Assembly: GCA_963770565.1 (NCBI GenBank)
Contig: CAVYQE010000001.1
Location: 736,001-800,000 of the forward strand
Length of the DNA: 64,000 nt
Reading direction: 5' to 3'
Origin: an uncultured Actinomycetota bacterium
GTDB taxonomy: Bacteria > Actinomycetota > Actinomycetes > JAFAQI01
Under the pieces are notes generated by a model that saw only the letters and a program-made list of their open reading frames with translations, did no database searches and had not been told where the DNA came from. How positions within the stretch are numbered: the first letter of the stretch is position 1; the number at the start of each line of letters is the position of its first letter. Below are positions 29,814 to 40,074 of this stretch, one piece after another. The position numbers were made by a program, and so were the translations under genes.

Positions 29814-30692
29814 ATGGGCCGCGAGAGCAACAAGAAGCGACGGCAGTCGAACGCCGCGACGGCGCGGGAGAAGGCAGCGGCCGCCCGGGAGCTCCAGCAG
29901 CGGGCTGAGCAGCGCCGTCGCGCCCTGACGGTCCTGACCGCCGTGGTCGTGGTCGTCGTCGTCCTTGCCGTGATTGCGGTCGTTGCGCTGACCCACAAGA
30001 AGAAGAGCAGCAACGACCGCAACACCGCATCAGCGAGCGTGGTCACAGCCGTGACCAAGATGCCGGACGCGAGCCTGACCACGATCGGAGAGGGCAACGT
30101 CGTTACGCTGCCGGCTCCGGTCAGCGGTGAGCCGGCGCTCACCTCCGGTGGAAAGCCTGAGTTGTTGTACATCGGTGCCGAGTTCTGCCCGTACTGCGCG
30201 ATCGAGCGCTGGTCCTTGGCCGTTGCGCTGTCGAAGTTCGGCACGTTGTCGGGCATCGGTGAAGTGCGATCCGGGGTGGACGACGGCAACTTCGCGTCGC
30301 TGGACTTCAACAAGACCTCGTTTACCAGCAAGTACCTCGTGTTCACCCCGATCGAAGCTCAGGACCGCAACCGCAACCCGCTGGAGAAGGTCCCGAGCGC
30401 GGACAACGTGCTATGGAACAAGCTCACCAACAATCGACCCGGGTTTCCCTTTGTCGACTTCGGCAACAAGTCCGCGCTGACGGTGAAGGTCCCGCTCGAC
30501 CCGACGGTGCTCGGGACGCTGAACCAACAGCAGGTCGCGGCGCAGCTCAGCAATCTGAGCGGCAAGATCGCGCAGACCATCGGCGGCGGTGCGAATGACG
30601 ACATCGCCGCGATCTGCATGATGACCAACAATCAGCCGTCATCGGTCTGCAGCTCCTCGGTGATCCAAGGGCTCGAATCGAAGATCGGCTAG
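29814..30692 (+). CDS. DUF929-like membrane-anchored thioredoxin-fold protein (CPYC), paralog B
   Basis: GAEFCPYCAIERW, ALSKFG, GFPF, CMMTNNQPSSVC; clearly homologous to 28478..29347. Confidence 0.8.
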   Translation: MGRESNKKRRQSNAATAREKAAAARELQQRAEQRRRALTVLTAVVVVVVVLAVIAVVALTHKKKSSNDRNTASASVVTAVTKMPDASLTTIGEGNVVTLPAPVSGEPALTSGGKPELLYIGAEFCPYCAIERWSLAVALSKFGTLSGIGEVRSGVDDGNFASLDFNKTSFTSKYLVFTPIEAQDRNRNPLEKVPSADNVLWNKLTNNRPGFPFVDFGNKSALTVKVPLDPTVLGTLNQQQVAAQLSNLSGKIAQTIGGGANDDIAAICMMTNNQPSSVCSSSVIQGLESKIG

Positions 30693-31591
30693 CTCCCCGC
30701 GCTGGTCTGGCTGCGCCGTGGCCGGCTCCGCTCGGGTGCGGCCGGCGGCACCGGTGTCTGCTGTTCGATTCGGGTGACTCCGGCTGTGACGGTTGCGCCG
30801 TGGGTGTTGAGGTGCGCGAGAGTGGCCACGATCTCCCGGACGATCCGGCGGTCGATCGGCAGTGACATGTGGCCGACGCCGCGCACCAGGATGTTGCGGG
30901 CCGACAGGTCGGGGTGGTCGACGATCGCGGCCTGCTTGGGCGAGATCATCGCGTCGATGTCGCTCCAGAACGACACGAACCGCGTCTGGCATCCCTCGGC
31001 TGGCGCGTTGAGCTCCTCGACCACCTCGCTTCCCGGCGTCAGTTGCCGGCACACGCCGCGCGGAAACAGCTTCGCGTTGCGGGTGCCCTGATGCGGCGTG
31101 CCAAGGGTGACCAGGGTGTGCACCCGCGAGTCGCCGCCGAGCCGCTGTACGTAGTAGCGCGCAACCAAGCCGCCCATCGAGTGCCCGACGACGTGGATCC
31201 GGTCGTACCCGGACTGCTCGCAGATCGCCTCGACCGCCGAGGCAAGCCGGCGCGCGGCATCGCGCAGGTCGGCGGTCCAGACCCGGTAGTTCATCGTCGA
31301 CACCCGGCCGAACCCGCGCCGGCGCAAGTGACGCCGCAGCAGGGTGAAGATCGAGCGGTTGTCGACCATGCCGTGGATCAGCAGGATCGGGGTGCCGGCC
31401 GCTTCGACGTCGCCGATCAGCAGGCCGCGGCGGATCGGTGAGAGCTTGCCGAGGGAGAACCGGTCGGCTTCGGGCCGGATCCGCTCCTGGGCGACACCGA
31501 ACGGATAGCTGACCAGGTGGGTGGCGATCCAGGCCACCTCGACCGCGGCGCCCTTGATCGTGCGCCGGCTCAGCATTGCCCCCCGCTGCAT
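30689..31591 (-). CDS. Alpha/beta hydrolase (lipase/esterase)
   Basis: LIHG, GHSMGG, LGTPHQG, GVGH; start uncertain (31591 or 31576). Confidence 0.85.
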   Translation of the reverse strand: MQRGAMLSRRTIKGAAVEVAWIATHLVSYPFGVAQERIRPEADRFSLGKLSPIRRGLLIGDVEAAGTPILLIHGMVDNRSIFTLLRRHLRRRGFGRVSTMNYRVWTADLRDAARRLASAVEAICEQSGYDRIHVVGHSMGGLVARYYVQRLGGDSRVHTLVTLGTPHQGTRNAKLFPRGVCRQLTPGSEVVEELNAPAEGCQTRFVSFWSDIDAMISPKQAAIVDHPDLSARNILVRGVGHMSLPIDRRIVREIVATLAHLNTHGATVTAGVTRIEQQTPVPPAAPERSRPRRSQTSAGS

Positions 31592-31703
31592 GGGCGAGAC
31601 TTTACCTGACGACCCGTCAGAGAACCGGTGATCGGCCGATCCGGCCGGCCCACTATTCTTCGGGGTCTGCGACCGTGGGGCCGCGGGCCGAGGAGGTGGC
31701 GTC

Positions 31704-32105
31704 GTGCCGATCCGGGTCGTCGTCGCCAAGCCTGGCCTCGATGGTCACGACCGCGGCGCCAAAGTGGTGGCTCGCGCGCTGCGCGACGCGGGCATGGAGG
31801 TCATCTACACCGGCTTGCATCAGACCCCCGAGCAGATCGTCGCCACCGCGCTCCAGGAGGATGCCCACGCGATCGGGCTGTCGGTACTGTCGGGCGCGCA
31901 CATGACGTTGTTCGCCCGGGTGCTGCAGCTGCTCGAGGAGAGCGACTCGCGCGACATCATCGTTTTCGGCGGCGGCATCATCCCGGATGCGGACATTGCG
32001 CCGCTGAAGGAGCTCGGCGTCGCCGAGGTCTTCACTCCAGGGACTCCGACCACCGCGATCGTGGAGTGGGTCACCAGCCACGTGACGGCCAGCAGCGGCA
32101 CCTGA
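31704..32105 (+). CDS. Cobalamin-binding small subunit of an acyl-CoA mutase (IcmB/MutB-C-like)
   Basis: [10 protein letters not shown] (DxHxxG), SVLSGAH, GGII. Confidence 0.92.
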   Translation: MPIRVVVAKPGLDGHDRGAKVVARALRDAGMEVIYTGLHQTPEQIVATALQEDAHAIGLSVLSGAHMTLFARVLQLLEESDSRDIIVFGGGIIPDADIAPLKELGVAEVFTPGTPTTAIVEWVTSHVTASSGT

Positions 32106-32202
32106 CGGAGGGTGTCAGCAGCAAGTCAGCCGGCCGATACGGTGTCAACGCCGACCGGCCATGACGGGTCGCCGGCGCATGCGGCGATGAGGAGCTAACG
32201 CG

Positions 32203-33393
32203 GTGGACCTGTTCGAATGGCAGGCCAAGGAGCTGTTTGCCAAGTACGGCGTACCGACGACCAAGCAGGTCGTGGTGACGTCCGCGGACCAGGTGCGGGC
32301 GGCCGCCGAACATCTCGGCGGTGGTCCGGTGATGGTCAAGGCGCAGGTGAAGACCGGCGGGCGCGGCAAGGCCGGTGGGGTGAAGTTCGCGCCGACCACC
32401 GATGACGCCGTCGAGAAGGCCGAGGCCATCTTCGGGATGGACATCAAGGGTCACACCGTGCGGACGGTCTTGATCTCCGAGGCGGCCGACATCGGCACCG
32501 AGTACTACTTCTCGTTCCTGCTCGACCGCGGCAACCGCAGCTATCTCGCGATGTGCTCGGCGGAAGGCGGGATGGAGATCGAGGAGCTCGCGGTCGAGCG
32601 GCCGGACGCGCTGGCGCGAGTGCCGGTCGACCCGGTGGCCGGCGTCGACTCGGCGAAGGCGATGGAGATCGCCACTGCGGGCAACATTCCGGAGGCGGTG
32701 CGGGACCAGGCGGCGGCGGTGATCGAGTCGCTCTGGCAGGTCTTCGTCGGCGAGGAGGCCACCCTGGTCGAGGTCAACCCGCTGGTGCGCACTCCGGACG
32801 ACCAGATCCTCGCTCTCGACGGCAAGGTGACCCTCGACGACAACGCTGGCTTCCGCCATGCCGAGGTGCACGACGGCTATCGCGATATCTCGGCCACCGA
32901 CCCGCTCGAGGTGCGGGCCAAGGAGCTCAACCTCAACTACGTGAAGCTCGACGGCGAGGTCGGCATCATCGGCAACGGGGCCGGGCTGGTCATGTCGACC
33001 CTCGACGTCGTTGCGTACGCCGGCGAGGCTTTCGGCGGCGTACGACCGGCCAACTTCCTCGACATCGGCGGCGGTGCGTCGGCCGAGGTGATGGCCAACG
33101 GGCTCGACGTGATCCTGTCAGATCCGTCGGTGCGAGCCGTGCTGGTCAACGTGTTCGGCGGGATCACTTCTTGCGACGCGGTCGCCAACGGCATCGTGCA
33201 GGCACTGTCGTTGCTCGAGAACCGGGGCGAGCGGGTCGACAAGCCCCTCGTCGTTCGCCTCGACGGCAACAACGCCGACGAAGGCCGCCGGATCCTCACC
33301 GACGCGGCCCATTCGCTGGTCGAGCAGGTCGACACGATGGACGGCGCCGCGCAACGGGTCGCGCAACTCGCGCACGGCGGAGAGGCGGCCTGA
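32203..33393 (+). CDS. sucC: Succinyl-CoA synthetase beta subunit
   Basis: [34 protein letters not shown]. Confidence 0.97.
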   Translation: MDLFEWQAKELFAKYGVPTTKQVVVTSADQVRAAAEHLGGGPVMVKAQVKTGGRGKAGGVKFAPTTDDAVEKAEAIFGMDIKGHTVRTVLISEAADIGTEYYFSFLLDRGNRSYLAMCSAEGGMEIEELAVERPDALARVPVDPVAGVDSAKAMEIATAGNIPEAVRDQAAAVIESLWQVFVGEEATLVEVNPLVRTPDDQILALDGKVTLDDNAGFRHAEVHDGYRDISATDPLEVRAKELNLNYVKLDGEVGIIGNGAGLVMSTLDVVAYAGEAFGGVRPANFLDIGGGASAEVMANGLDVILSDPSVRAVLVNVFGGITSCDAVANGIVQALSLLENRGERVDKPLVVRLDGNNADEGRRILTDAAHSLVEQVDTMDGAAQRVAQLAHGGEAA

Positions 33394-34262
33394 TGGCGAT
33401 CTGGCTCACGAAGGACAGCCGGGTGATCGTGCAGGGCATCACCGGCTCCGAGGGCACCAAGCACACCCGCCGGATGGTCGCGTCGGGGACCAACGTGGTC
33501 GGCGGCGTCAACGCGCGCAAGGCCGGCTCCGACGTCGACGGGATCCCGGTCTTCGCCAGCGTGGTCGAGGCGATGGCGGAGACCGGCGCCGATGTGTCGG
33601 TCGGCTTCGTGCCGCCGCCGTTCGCCCGCGACGCCGCGCTCGAGGCGATCGACGCCGAGATTCCTTTGCTCGTGGTCATCACCGAGGGAGTGCCGGTCCA
33701 GGACACCGCGTACTTCTTTGCCTATGCCCGGGAGCGGGGTACGACGCGGATCGTCGGGCCCAACTGCCCCGGCCTGATCTCTCCCGGCCAGTCCAACGCC
33801 GGCATCATCCCGGCCGACATCAGCGGGCCGGGGCGGATCGGGCTGGTGTCGAAGTCCGGCACGCTGACCTACCAGATGATGTACGAGCTGCGCGACGTCG
33901 GCTTCTCGACCGCGGTCGGCATCGGCGGCGACCCGGTCATCGGGACCACCCACATCGACTGCCTTGCGGCCTTCCAAGCCGATCCGGACACTGACGCCAT
34001 CGTCATGATCGGCGAGATCGGCGGTGACGCTGAGGAGCGGGCCGCGGAGTTCATTCAGGCCAATGTCACCAAGCCGGTCGTCGGCTACGTCGCCGGCTTC
34101 ACCGCGCCGGAGGGCAAGACGATGGGGCACGCCGGCGCGATCGTGTCGGGCTCGTCGGGAACCGCGGCGGCCAAGGCCGAGGCGCTGCAGGCGGTCGGCG
34201 TACAGGTCGGGAAGACCCCGAGCGAGACCGCGCGCCTGATGGCCGAGATCGTCCGCAGCTAG
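33393..34262 (+). CDS. sucD: Succinyl-CoA synthetase alpha subunit
   Basis: VQGITG, GPNCPG, SKSGTL, MGHAGA; ATG overlaps the sucC stop. Confidence 0.97.
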   Translation: MAIWLTKDSRVIVQGITGSEGTKHTRRMVASGTNVVGGVNARKAGSDVDGIPVFASVVEAMAETGADVSVGFVPPPFARDAALEAIDAEIPLLVVITEGVPVQDTAYFFAYARERGTTRIVGPNCPGLISPGQSNAGIIPADISGPGRIGLVSKSGTLTYQMMYELRDVGFSTAVGIGGDPVIGTTHIDCLAAFQADPDTDAIVMIGEIGGDAEERAAEFIQANVTKPVVGYVAGFTAPEGKTMGHAGAIVSGSSGTAAAKAEALQAVGVQVGKTPSETARLMAEIVRS

Positions 34263-34322
34263 AACCACACTCGTGGCCCATCGGTGGCGCCATAGCCCCA
34301 CGCATGGGCCATTCGTGTTGTT
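34263..34322. terminator. Long imperfect inverted repeat after sucD (terminator or REP-like)
   Basis: 19-nt arms AACCACACTCGTGGCCCAT / ATGGGCCATTCGTGTTGTT (15 of 19 complementary) plus an inner GTGG/CCAC stem. Confidence 0.55.
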
Positions 34323-34382
34323 ATGTACGACCTGCGGCGTGTAACACCAGCCTCAGCCGTACTCTCCTGTCACCATCGCGGG

Positions 34383-35639
34383 GTGACCGACATCGCCGAT
34401 GGCAAGCTGCGGGTGGCCCGGCGCCCGGCGCAGGCGGTCGCCATCGCGGTTGCCCGCCCGACGGCCGCGCCGACCCGGGCGGAGGCGGCCGGGTCGGTCT
34501 GGGTCAGGGGCGCGTTCGCGGCCGCCTGGTCAGCCGCTTTGGGCCTCGGGCTGCTGCTGGTCGTCTCGTTGATCCTGCTCACGACCGACTCCCGCGCTAC
34601 CGCGAGCGCGGGCGATGCGGCCCGGCTCGCGACGCAACTGTGGTTGGTGGCGCATCGCTCGCCGCTTCAGGTGCCCGGCGGGGTGCTGAGCATGCCGCCG
34701 CTCGCGCTGACCCTTGCCCTCGGCCTGATCGTGGCGCGGGCAAGCGCGATCGTCGCGCGGGCGAGCCGCTGCGCGGATGTGCGCGCGCTCGGCCCGGTCG
34801 TGATCTCGGTGGCGCTTCCGTACGCCGTGATCGCCGCCGTCCTGGCCGGGGTGGTGCGAACCGGCACGCTGCGCCCGTCGCCCGGTGCGGCCTTCGTGTG
34901 CGCCGCGCTGGTCAGCGGACTGTTTGCGTCCCTGGGCGCGACCCGCGGCGCTGGGCTCGGTCGCGAGGCCTGGCAGTCCGTCCCGCTCCGGCTGCAGGTG
35001 CCGCTGCAAGCGGCCGGAACGGCGGCGATCCTGCTGCTCGCGGCGGCGTCACTGCTCACGGTCGGCTCGATCCTCGCCCACCTGCACCGGTTCACCTCGG
35101 TCGTCAATGGATACGCCGGGGCGCCGGGCGAAATCTCGATGCTGCTCCTCTCGTTGGCATTGGTGCCGAACGCCGCGATCTTCGGGCTCGGGTATCTCAC
35201 CGGGCCAGGCTTCGCGGTCGGCACGGGCACCGCGGTCGCGATCGGTAGCTCGCACGTCGCGGCCGTGCCGGCCCTCCCGCTGCTGACCGCGGTACCGGCC
35301 GGGCGCGCGCCGTGGCCGGTGTTGGCCTGGTGTGTGCTGGCCGTCGTCGTCGCCGGCATTGCTGCCGGGCGCCGGATCACCCGGTCCTCGACGCTCGACC
35401 TCACCGGCCGGCTGCAGAGCGTGGTGGTCGCCGCTGCTGCGCTGGGTGTCGTCGCGGCAGTCGTCACCGGCTTCGCCGGCGGGCCGGCCGGCCCGGGCCG
35501 GCTGCGCGCGTTCGGCCCGTCGCCCTGGCAGGTCGGTCTCGCCGTCGCCGGCGAGACCGCGGTCGTCGCTGCTCTTGCCGTGCTGGCCGCGGCGCTGATC
35601 TCGTCGCGAGCCGGGTTCAAACGCGAGAAGTCGGGCTAG
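34383..35639 (+). CDS. perM: PerM-like (DUF6350) integral membrane protein
   Basis: About 10 TM; WLVAH, PN...GPGFAVG, PALPLL; conserved position between sucD and purN. Confidence 0.65.
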   Translation: MTDIADGKLRVARRPAQAVAIAVARPTAAPTRAEAAGSVWVRGAFAAAWSAALGLGLLLVVSLILLTTDSRATASAGDAARLATQLWLVAHRSPLQVPGGVLSMPPLALTLALGLIVARASAIVARASRCADVRALGPVVISVALPYAVIAAVLAGVVRTGTLRPSPGAAFVCAALVSGLFASLGATRGAGLGREAWQSVPLRLQVPLQAAGTAAILLLAAASLLTVGSILAHLHRFTSVVNGYAGAPGEISMLLLSLALVPNAAIFGLGYLTGPGFAVGTGTAVAIGSSHVAAVPALPLLTAVPAGRAPWPVLAWCVLAVVVAGIAAGRRITRSSTLDLTGRLQSVVVAAAALGVVAAVVTGFAGGPAGPGRLRAFGPSPWQVGLAVAGETAVVAALAVLAAALISSRAGFKREKSG

Positions 35640-36184
35640 GCCTGAATCACGATCGTGCCGCAGATCTTGTCGGCAAAGGTCTGCCGCTTGGGGTCCCACA
35701 GCGGCCAGAGGTAGCCGATGTCGCAGACCAGGCCGTCGAGGAAGTGGGCGATCTGGCGCACGAAGGACATGCCCGGGCCGACCACCTGGCCATCGATCTC
35801 ACGAACCAGCCGGATCCCGATCTGTGACTTGCCGATCGTCTGGCCGGTCCGACCCTGGCGGAACACCACGTTCCAGATGCTGACGGCGATTATCGCGAGA
35901 TAAGCCAGAACTGCGAGAACCTCGCCGATCCCATGACCGATTGCCAGCCCGATGAACACCAGGATCACTCCCGGTACGCCGATGACAAGCCCGTCGATCA
36001 ACGTCGCCCCGACCCGCTGGAGCCAGGACGCATAGGGCCGGGCCGGCGGCGGATACGGCGACTGCCCGTAATAGGGCGCCGGAGGACCCGACGGCTGCCC
36101 GAAGGACGATGAGTACGGTTGCGGCGCGCCGTACTCCGGGTTGCCGAACTGCGGAGGTTGGACCGGCTCCTCGGGGGTCGTCAC
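35636..36184 (-). CDS. RDD family protein with Pro-rich N-terminus
   Basis: YASWLQRVGATLID, GQTIGK, WPLWDPKRQTFADK. Confidence 0.88.
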   Translation of the reverse strand: MTTPEEPVQPPQFGNPEYGAPQPYSSSFGQPSGPPAPYYGQSPYPPPARPYASWLQRVGATLIDGLVIGVPGVILVFIGLAIGHGIGEVLAVLAYLAIIAVSIWNVVFRQGRTGQTIGKSQIGIRLVREIDGQVVGPGMSFVRQIAHFLDGLVCDIGYLWPLWDPKRQTFADKICGTIVIQA

Positions 36185-36189
36185 GCCGC

Positions 36190-36732
36190 TCAGACCTTGA
36201 TGACGACGGTGTTGAGGATCTTGTCGGCGAAGGTCTGCCGTTTGTCGTCCCACAGCGGCCAGAACCAGCCGATGAAGCAGGCGAGCGAGTCGAGGAAGTG
36301 GCAGATGTAGCGCAGAATGCCCATCCCGCCGCCGAGCAGCTGTCCGTCCTGCGCGCGGATCAGCCGAAGCCCCGCGACGCGCTTGCCGGGGGACTGGCCG
36401 GTCGCACCGTTCATGTACCCGATCGCGAGCCCGATGACCAGCGCGACGACGTCGTAGACACCCCGGCTCCCGGTCACGAGGCCGAGGATCACCGACGGGA
36501 CCAAGACGATCACGAAGTCGACCAAGAACCCGCCGACGCGCTGGATCCAGGTGGCGAGCGGCGGTCCGGCGTAGGCGGGCTGCTGGTAGTCCGACCCGGC
36601 GTACGCAGGAGGCGCCGGCGGGTAGCCCGGAGGCGGCGGCGCGCCGTACTGCGGCGGCGCGCTGTAGTCGGGTGGAGGCGGTGGCGGAGTGCCCTCGGGG
36701 GGTGGCTGACCCGGGTCGTCCGGTGTGGTCAT
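36190..36732 (-). CDS. RDD family protein with Pro-rich N-terminus (paralog)
   Basis: ATWIQRVGGFLVD, GQSPGK, WPLWDDKRQTFADK. Confidence 0.88.
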   Translation of the reverse strand: MTTPDDPGQPPPEGTPPPPPPDYSAPPQYGAPPPPGYPPAPPAYAGSDYQQPAYAGPPLATWIQRVGGFLVDFVIVLVPSVILGLVTGSRGVYDVVALVIGLAIGYMNGATGQSPGKRVAGLRLIRAQDGQLLGGGMGILRYICHFLDSLACFIGWFWPLWDDKRQTFADKILNTVVIKV

Positions 36733-36834
36733 CGTGGTGCCCTTCCGGTAGGTGCTGCGAACAGCCTCAGTGCGGACAATAGGTGGCTTCGGCGCTCCCA
36801 GCCGGTATTGGCGCCGCGATCATCAAGGCGCCGA

Positions 36835-37338
36835 TCAGCCGGTTGATGCGTGGAAAGTCGCGATGCCGCTGGCGAGCCCGATGATCGTCAGCACGATGAA
36901 CACCACCGACAACACGATCCCGGCCGTCGCCAGGCCGTCGCCACCCTGCCCGGTCTGCTTGATCTGCGACTTGGCGATCAGGCCGAACACCAGCCCGAGC
37001 GGGGTGCAGAGGAAGGCGCAGATCAGCGAGGCGATCGCGAAGCCGTTCGTGCCGACGGACATTGGGTAGCCGCCGCCGTAGGGCGGTTGACCGTACTGGC
37101 CCTGGCCGTAGGGCGGTTGCCCGTAGGGCGGTTGCCCGTACGGCGGTTGCCCGTATTGGGGCTGTCCGTACGGCGGCATACCCGGCTGCTGCGGCTGACC
37201 GTACGGCGGCGGCGCGCTCGGCTGGCTGCCGTAGGGCGGTGGCGGCGGTGGCGGTGGTGGCGGTGGTGGTGGCGGTGGTGGCGGCGGCGCAGCGTCGGGC
37301 GGCGGGCCGGGCGTGGTCGGGTCGTCCGGTGTGCTCAC
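36835..37338 (-). CDS. DUF4190 domain protein with poly-Pro/PPYGQ N-terminus
   Basis: [29 protein letters not shown]; GTG at 37338. Confidence 0.8.
   Translation of the reverse strand: MSTPDDPTTPGPPPDAAPPPPPPPPPPPPPPPPPPYGSQPSAPPPYGQPQQPGMPPYGQPQYGQPPYGQPPYGQPPYGQGQYGQPPYGGGYPMSVGTNGFAIASLICAFLCTPLGLVFGLIAKSQIKQTGQGGDGLATAGIVLSVVFIVLTIIGLASGIATFHASTG
37075..37287 (-). repeat. Coding low-complexity repeats: 15-nt (PPYGQ) tandem units and an 18-codon poly-proline run
   Basis: Repeated CCGTA(G/C)GGCGGTTG(C/A) units; (T/C)GG run at 37234-37287. Confidence 0.9.
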
Positions 37339-37352
37339 ACGGGCTCCAGTCG

Positions 37353-37793
37353 CTAGAAGGAGATGATGCCGAAGCGGACGAGTTGCCAGACCTCCGACGC
37401 GATCAGCACCGCGGCGATGACCACCCAGCGGGTCCGCCGCGACTGCTGCCACCACCCTGGCGGCCGCACTGCGCCCAGCATCGGCCAGGCCGCGAGCAGG
37501 CCGACCGCGAGCGGGGATGCACCTAGAGCGCCGCTCACGTCGCCGTGCCCGAGGCGGACCGCGGCGGTCGTGCCGCCGCAGAACGGGCACGGCAGCCCGG
37601 TCAGCTCGCGGAACAGGCACAGCGTGGCGGGCCGGTGCGGGATGTGCAGCGCAGCGACCAGCACCGCCACGAGGACAACCGCGGCGTACCGCTTGGCGAC
37701 CGTGGCCGGCGTGACCCTGGCTCGACCCTGCGGCGGATACACCGGGTGGGCAGCGCACTCGTGGCGCGGCAGCGCGACGGTGTCGGCGGTCAC
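37353..37793 (-). CDS. DUF2752 domain protein
   Basis: [17 protein letters not shown] motif plus TM segments. Confidence 0.8.
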   Translation of the reverse strand: MTADTVALPRHECAAHPVYPPQGRARVTPATVAKRYAAVVLVAVLVAALHIPHRPATLCLFRELTGLPCPFCGGTTAAVRLGHGDVSGALGASPLAVGLLAAWPMLGAVRPPGWWQQSRRTRWVVIAAVLIASEVWQLVRFGIISF

Positions 37794-37887
37794 GCGGGCA
37801 GCATGCCAGATCGCGGCGCGGGACGGGCGGTATCCTCGCCGTAGTTTCCCAGCCCGTCACACCCGCTGAAGCACACGGGGAGTCATC

Positions 37888-38493
37888 CTGTCCGCGCGGC
37901 TCGTCGTGCTCGTGTCCGGTGCCGGCACCAATCTCGCTGCACTGCTCGAGGCGACCGAGGATCCGGGGTACGGCGCCACCGTTGTTGCGGTCGGTGCAGA
38001 TCGCGACGGCATTGAAGGGCTGGCTCGCGCGGACCGCGCCGGAGTGCCGACTTTCGTCCTGCGGGTGCCGGACTTCGTCGATCGCGAGGCATGGGACCGG
38101 GCGTTCACGGACGAGGTCGCGAAGCACGAACCCGACCTGGTCGTGTCGGCCGGGTTCATGAAGCTCCTGGGCGCAGAGTTCCTGGCCGGCTTCGGCGGGC
38201 GCTTCGTCAACACCCATCCGTCACTGCTGCCCTCGTTTCCCGGCATGCACGGGGTGCGAGATGCGCTGGACCATGGCGCCAAGGTCACCGGGTGCACGCT
38301 GTTCATGGTCGACGGCGGTGTCGACACCGGCCCGATCGTCGCGCAGCGCAGCGTCGAGGTCGCCGACGATGACGACGAGGCCAGCCTGCACGAGCGGATC
38401 AAGGCTGCGGAGCGAGCGATGCTGGTCGAGACGATCGGACGGATGGCCCGCGAGGGCTGGCAGGTCAGCGACAGGAAGGTCACGATCGGATGA
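37888..38493 (+). CDS. purN: Phosphoribosylglycinamide formyltransferase (probable CTG start)
   Basis: [25 protein letters not shown]; SD GGGGAG 5 nt before in-frame CTG 37888. Confidence 0.93.
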   Translation: MSARLVVLVSGAGTNLAALLEATEDPGYGATVVAVGADRDGIEGLARADRAGVPTFVLRVPDFVDREAWDRAFTDEVAKHEPDLVVSAGFMKLLGAEFLAGFGGRFVNTHPSLLPSFPGMHGVRDALDHGAKVTGCTLFMVDGGVDTGPIVAQRSVEVADDDDEASLHERIKAAERAMLVETIGRMAREGWQVSDRKVTIG

Positions 38494-40043
38494 GCAGGCG
38501 ACCTATCAGGCGGGCGCTCGTCAGCGTCTACGACAAGACCGGGCTGGTCGAGCTCGGCCGGTCACTTGCCGAGGCCGACGTCGAGATCGTGTCCACCGGC
38601 TCGACCGCGGCCCGGTTGCGCGACGAGGGCATCCCGGTGATCCCGGTCGAGGAGCTGACCGGCTTCCCAGAGTGCCTGGAAGGCCGGGTCAAGACCCTGC
38701 ACCCGAAGGTGCACGCCGGGATCCTGGCCGACCTGCGCAAGCCTGACCACGCCGCGCAGCTCGCCGACCTTGGCATCGCGGCCTTCGACCTGGTCGTGGT
38801 CAACCTCTATCCGTTCCGCGACACGGTGGCCTCCGGCGCCTCGCCGGACGAATGCGTCGAGCAGATCGACATCGGCGGCCCGTCGATGGTGCGAGGCGCG
38901 GCCAAGAACCATCCCTCGGTCGCGGTGGTGGTCGACCCGTCGGCGTACCCCGCGGTCGTCGAGGCGCTCGCCGCCGGTGGCTTCACGTTGGCGGAGCGGC
39001 AGCGGCTGGCCGCGCAGGCCTTCGCGCACACCGCGTCGTACGACGTCGCGGTCGCCTCGTGGATGGGCAACGTGCTGGCGCCGGCCGAGGGCGACAGCGG
39101 GTTCCCGCGGTGGGCCGGCGCGACCTGGGAGCGCGCCGCGGTCCTGCGGTACGGCGAGAACCCGCACCAGCGAGCCGCGCTCTACCGGCACTGGCGCGGC
39201 GGGCTCGCGGCCGCCGAGCAGCTGCACGGCCCGGACCTGTCGTACAACAACTACACCGACACCGACGCGGCCCGGCGGGCGGCTTACGACTTCGACGAGC
39301 CCTGCGTGGCGATCATCAAGCACGCCAACCCGTGCGGCATCGCGGTCGGTGCCGACGTCGCCGAGGCACACCGGCTGGCGCATGCCTGCGACCCGCTCTC
39401 GGCGTACGGCGGCGTGATCGCGGCCAACCGGCCGGTGACGAAGGAGCTGGCGGAGCAGCTGGCCGGGGTGCTGACCGAGGTGATCTGCGCCCCGGACTTC
39501 GACGGCGACGCGCTCGAGATCTTCCGGGCCAAGGCCAAGCTGCGGGTGCTGCGCTGCCCAGCCGATGCCCATCCGGATCCGGTCGAGTTCACCGCGATCA
39601 GCGGCGGCCTTCTGATGCAGACCGTGGACCGCCTCGACGCGCCCGGTGACGACCCGTCGGCGTGGACGCTGCAGGCCGGGGAGGCCGCCGACCCGGAGAC
39701 GCTCGCCGACCTTGGGTTCGCGTGGCGCGCCTGCCGGGCGGTGAAGTCGAACGCGATCGTGCTGGCGTCGGCCGGCGCAACGGTCGGCGTGGGGATGGGC
39801 CAGGTCAACCGGGTCGACTCCGCCCGGCTGGCGGTGTCACGAGCCGGCGACCGCGCGAAGGGCTCGGTGGCGGCGAGTGATGCCTTCTTCCCGTTCCCGG
39901 ACGGGTTGCAGGTCCTCATCGACGGCGGCGTCCGGGCCGTGGTCGAGCCGGGCGGTTCGGTGCGTGACGATCTGGCGATCGAGGCGGCCGAGGCGGCCGG
40001 CGTCACGCTGTATTTCACCGGTGTCCGACACTTCTTCCACTAG
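38490..40043 (+). CDS. purH: Bifunctional AICAR transformylase/IMP cyclohydrolase
   Basis: [35 protein letters not shown]. Confidence 0.97.
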   Translation: MSRRPIRRALVSVYDKTGLVELGRSLAEADVEIVSTGSTAARLRDEGIPVIPVEELTGFPECLEGRVKTLHPKVHAGILADLRKPDHAAQLADLGIAAFDLVVVNLYPFRDTVASGASPDECVEQIDIGGPSMVRGAAKNHPSVAVVVDPSAYPAVVEALAAGGFTLAERQRLAAQAFAHTASYDVAVASWMGNVLAPAEGDSGFPRWAGATWERAAVLRYGENPHQRAALYRHWRGGLAAAEQLHGPDLSYNNYTDTDAARRAAYDFDEPCVAIIKHANPCGIAVGADVAEAHRLAHACDPLSAYGGVIAANRPVTKELAEQLAGVLTEVICAPDFDGDALEIFRAKAKLRVLRCPADAHPDPVEFTAISGGLLMQTVDRLDAPGDDPSAWTLQAGEAADPETLADLGFAWRACRAVKSNAIVLASAGATVGVGMGQVNRVDSARLAVSRAGDRAKGSVAASDAFFPFPDGLQVLIDGGVRAVVEPGGSVRDDLAIEAAEAAGVTLYFTGVRHFFH

Positions 40044-40074
40044 TGGCGATGCGCGCAGGGATGGTGGTGATCGG

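Noticed and set aside
31704-32105. Orphan B12-binding subunit without a mutase large subunit
   Set aside because: A stand-alone small subunit upstream of sucCD is an ordinary actinobacterial arrangement; its partner is normally encoded elsewhere.
37075-37287. Tandem repeats as a CRISPR array or other non-coding repeat
   Set aside because: Units are 15 nt or 3 nt, in frame, without unique spacers; they encode PPYGQ and poly-Pro; no cas genes.
37794-37887. Possible ZMP/ZTP (pfl) riboswitch upstream of purNH
   Set aside because: The leader is short and I could not find the conserved riboswitch motifs; it contains only a -10-like TATCCT and an SD.
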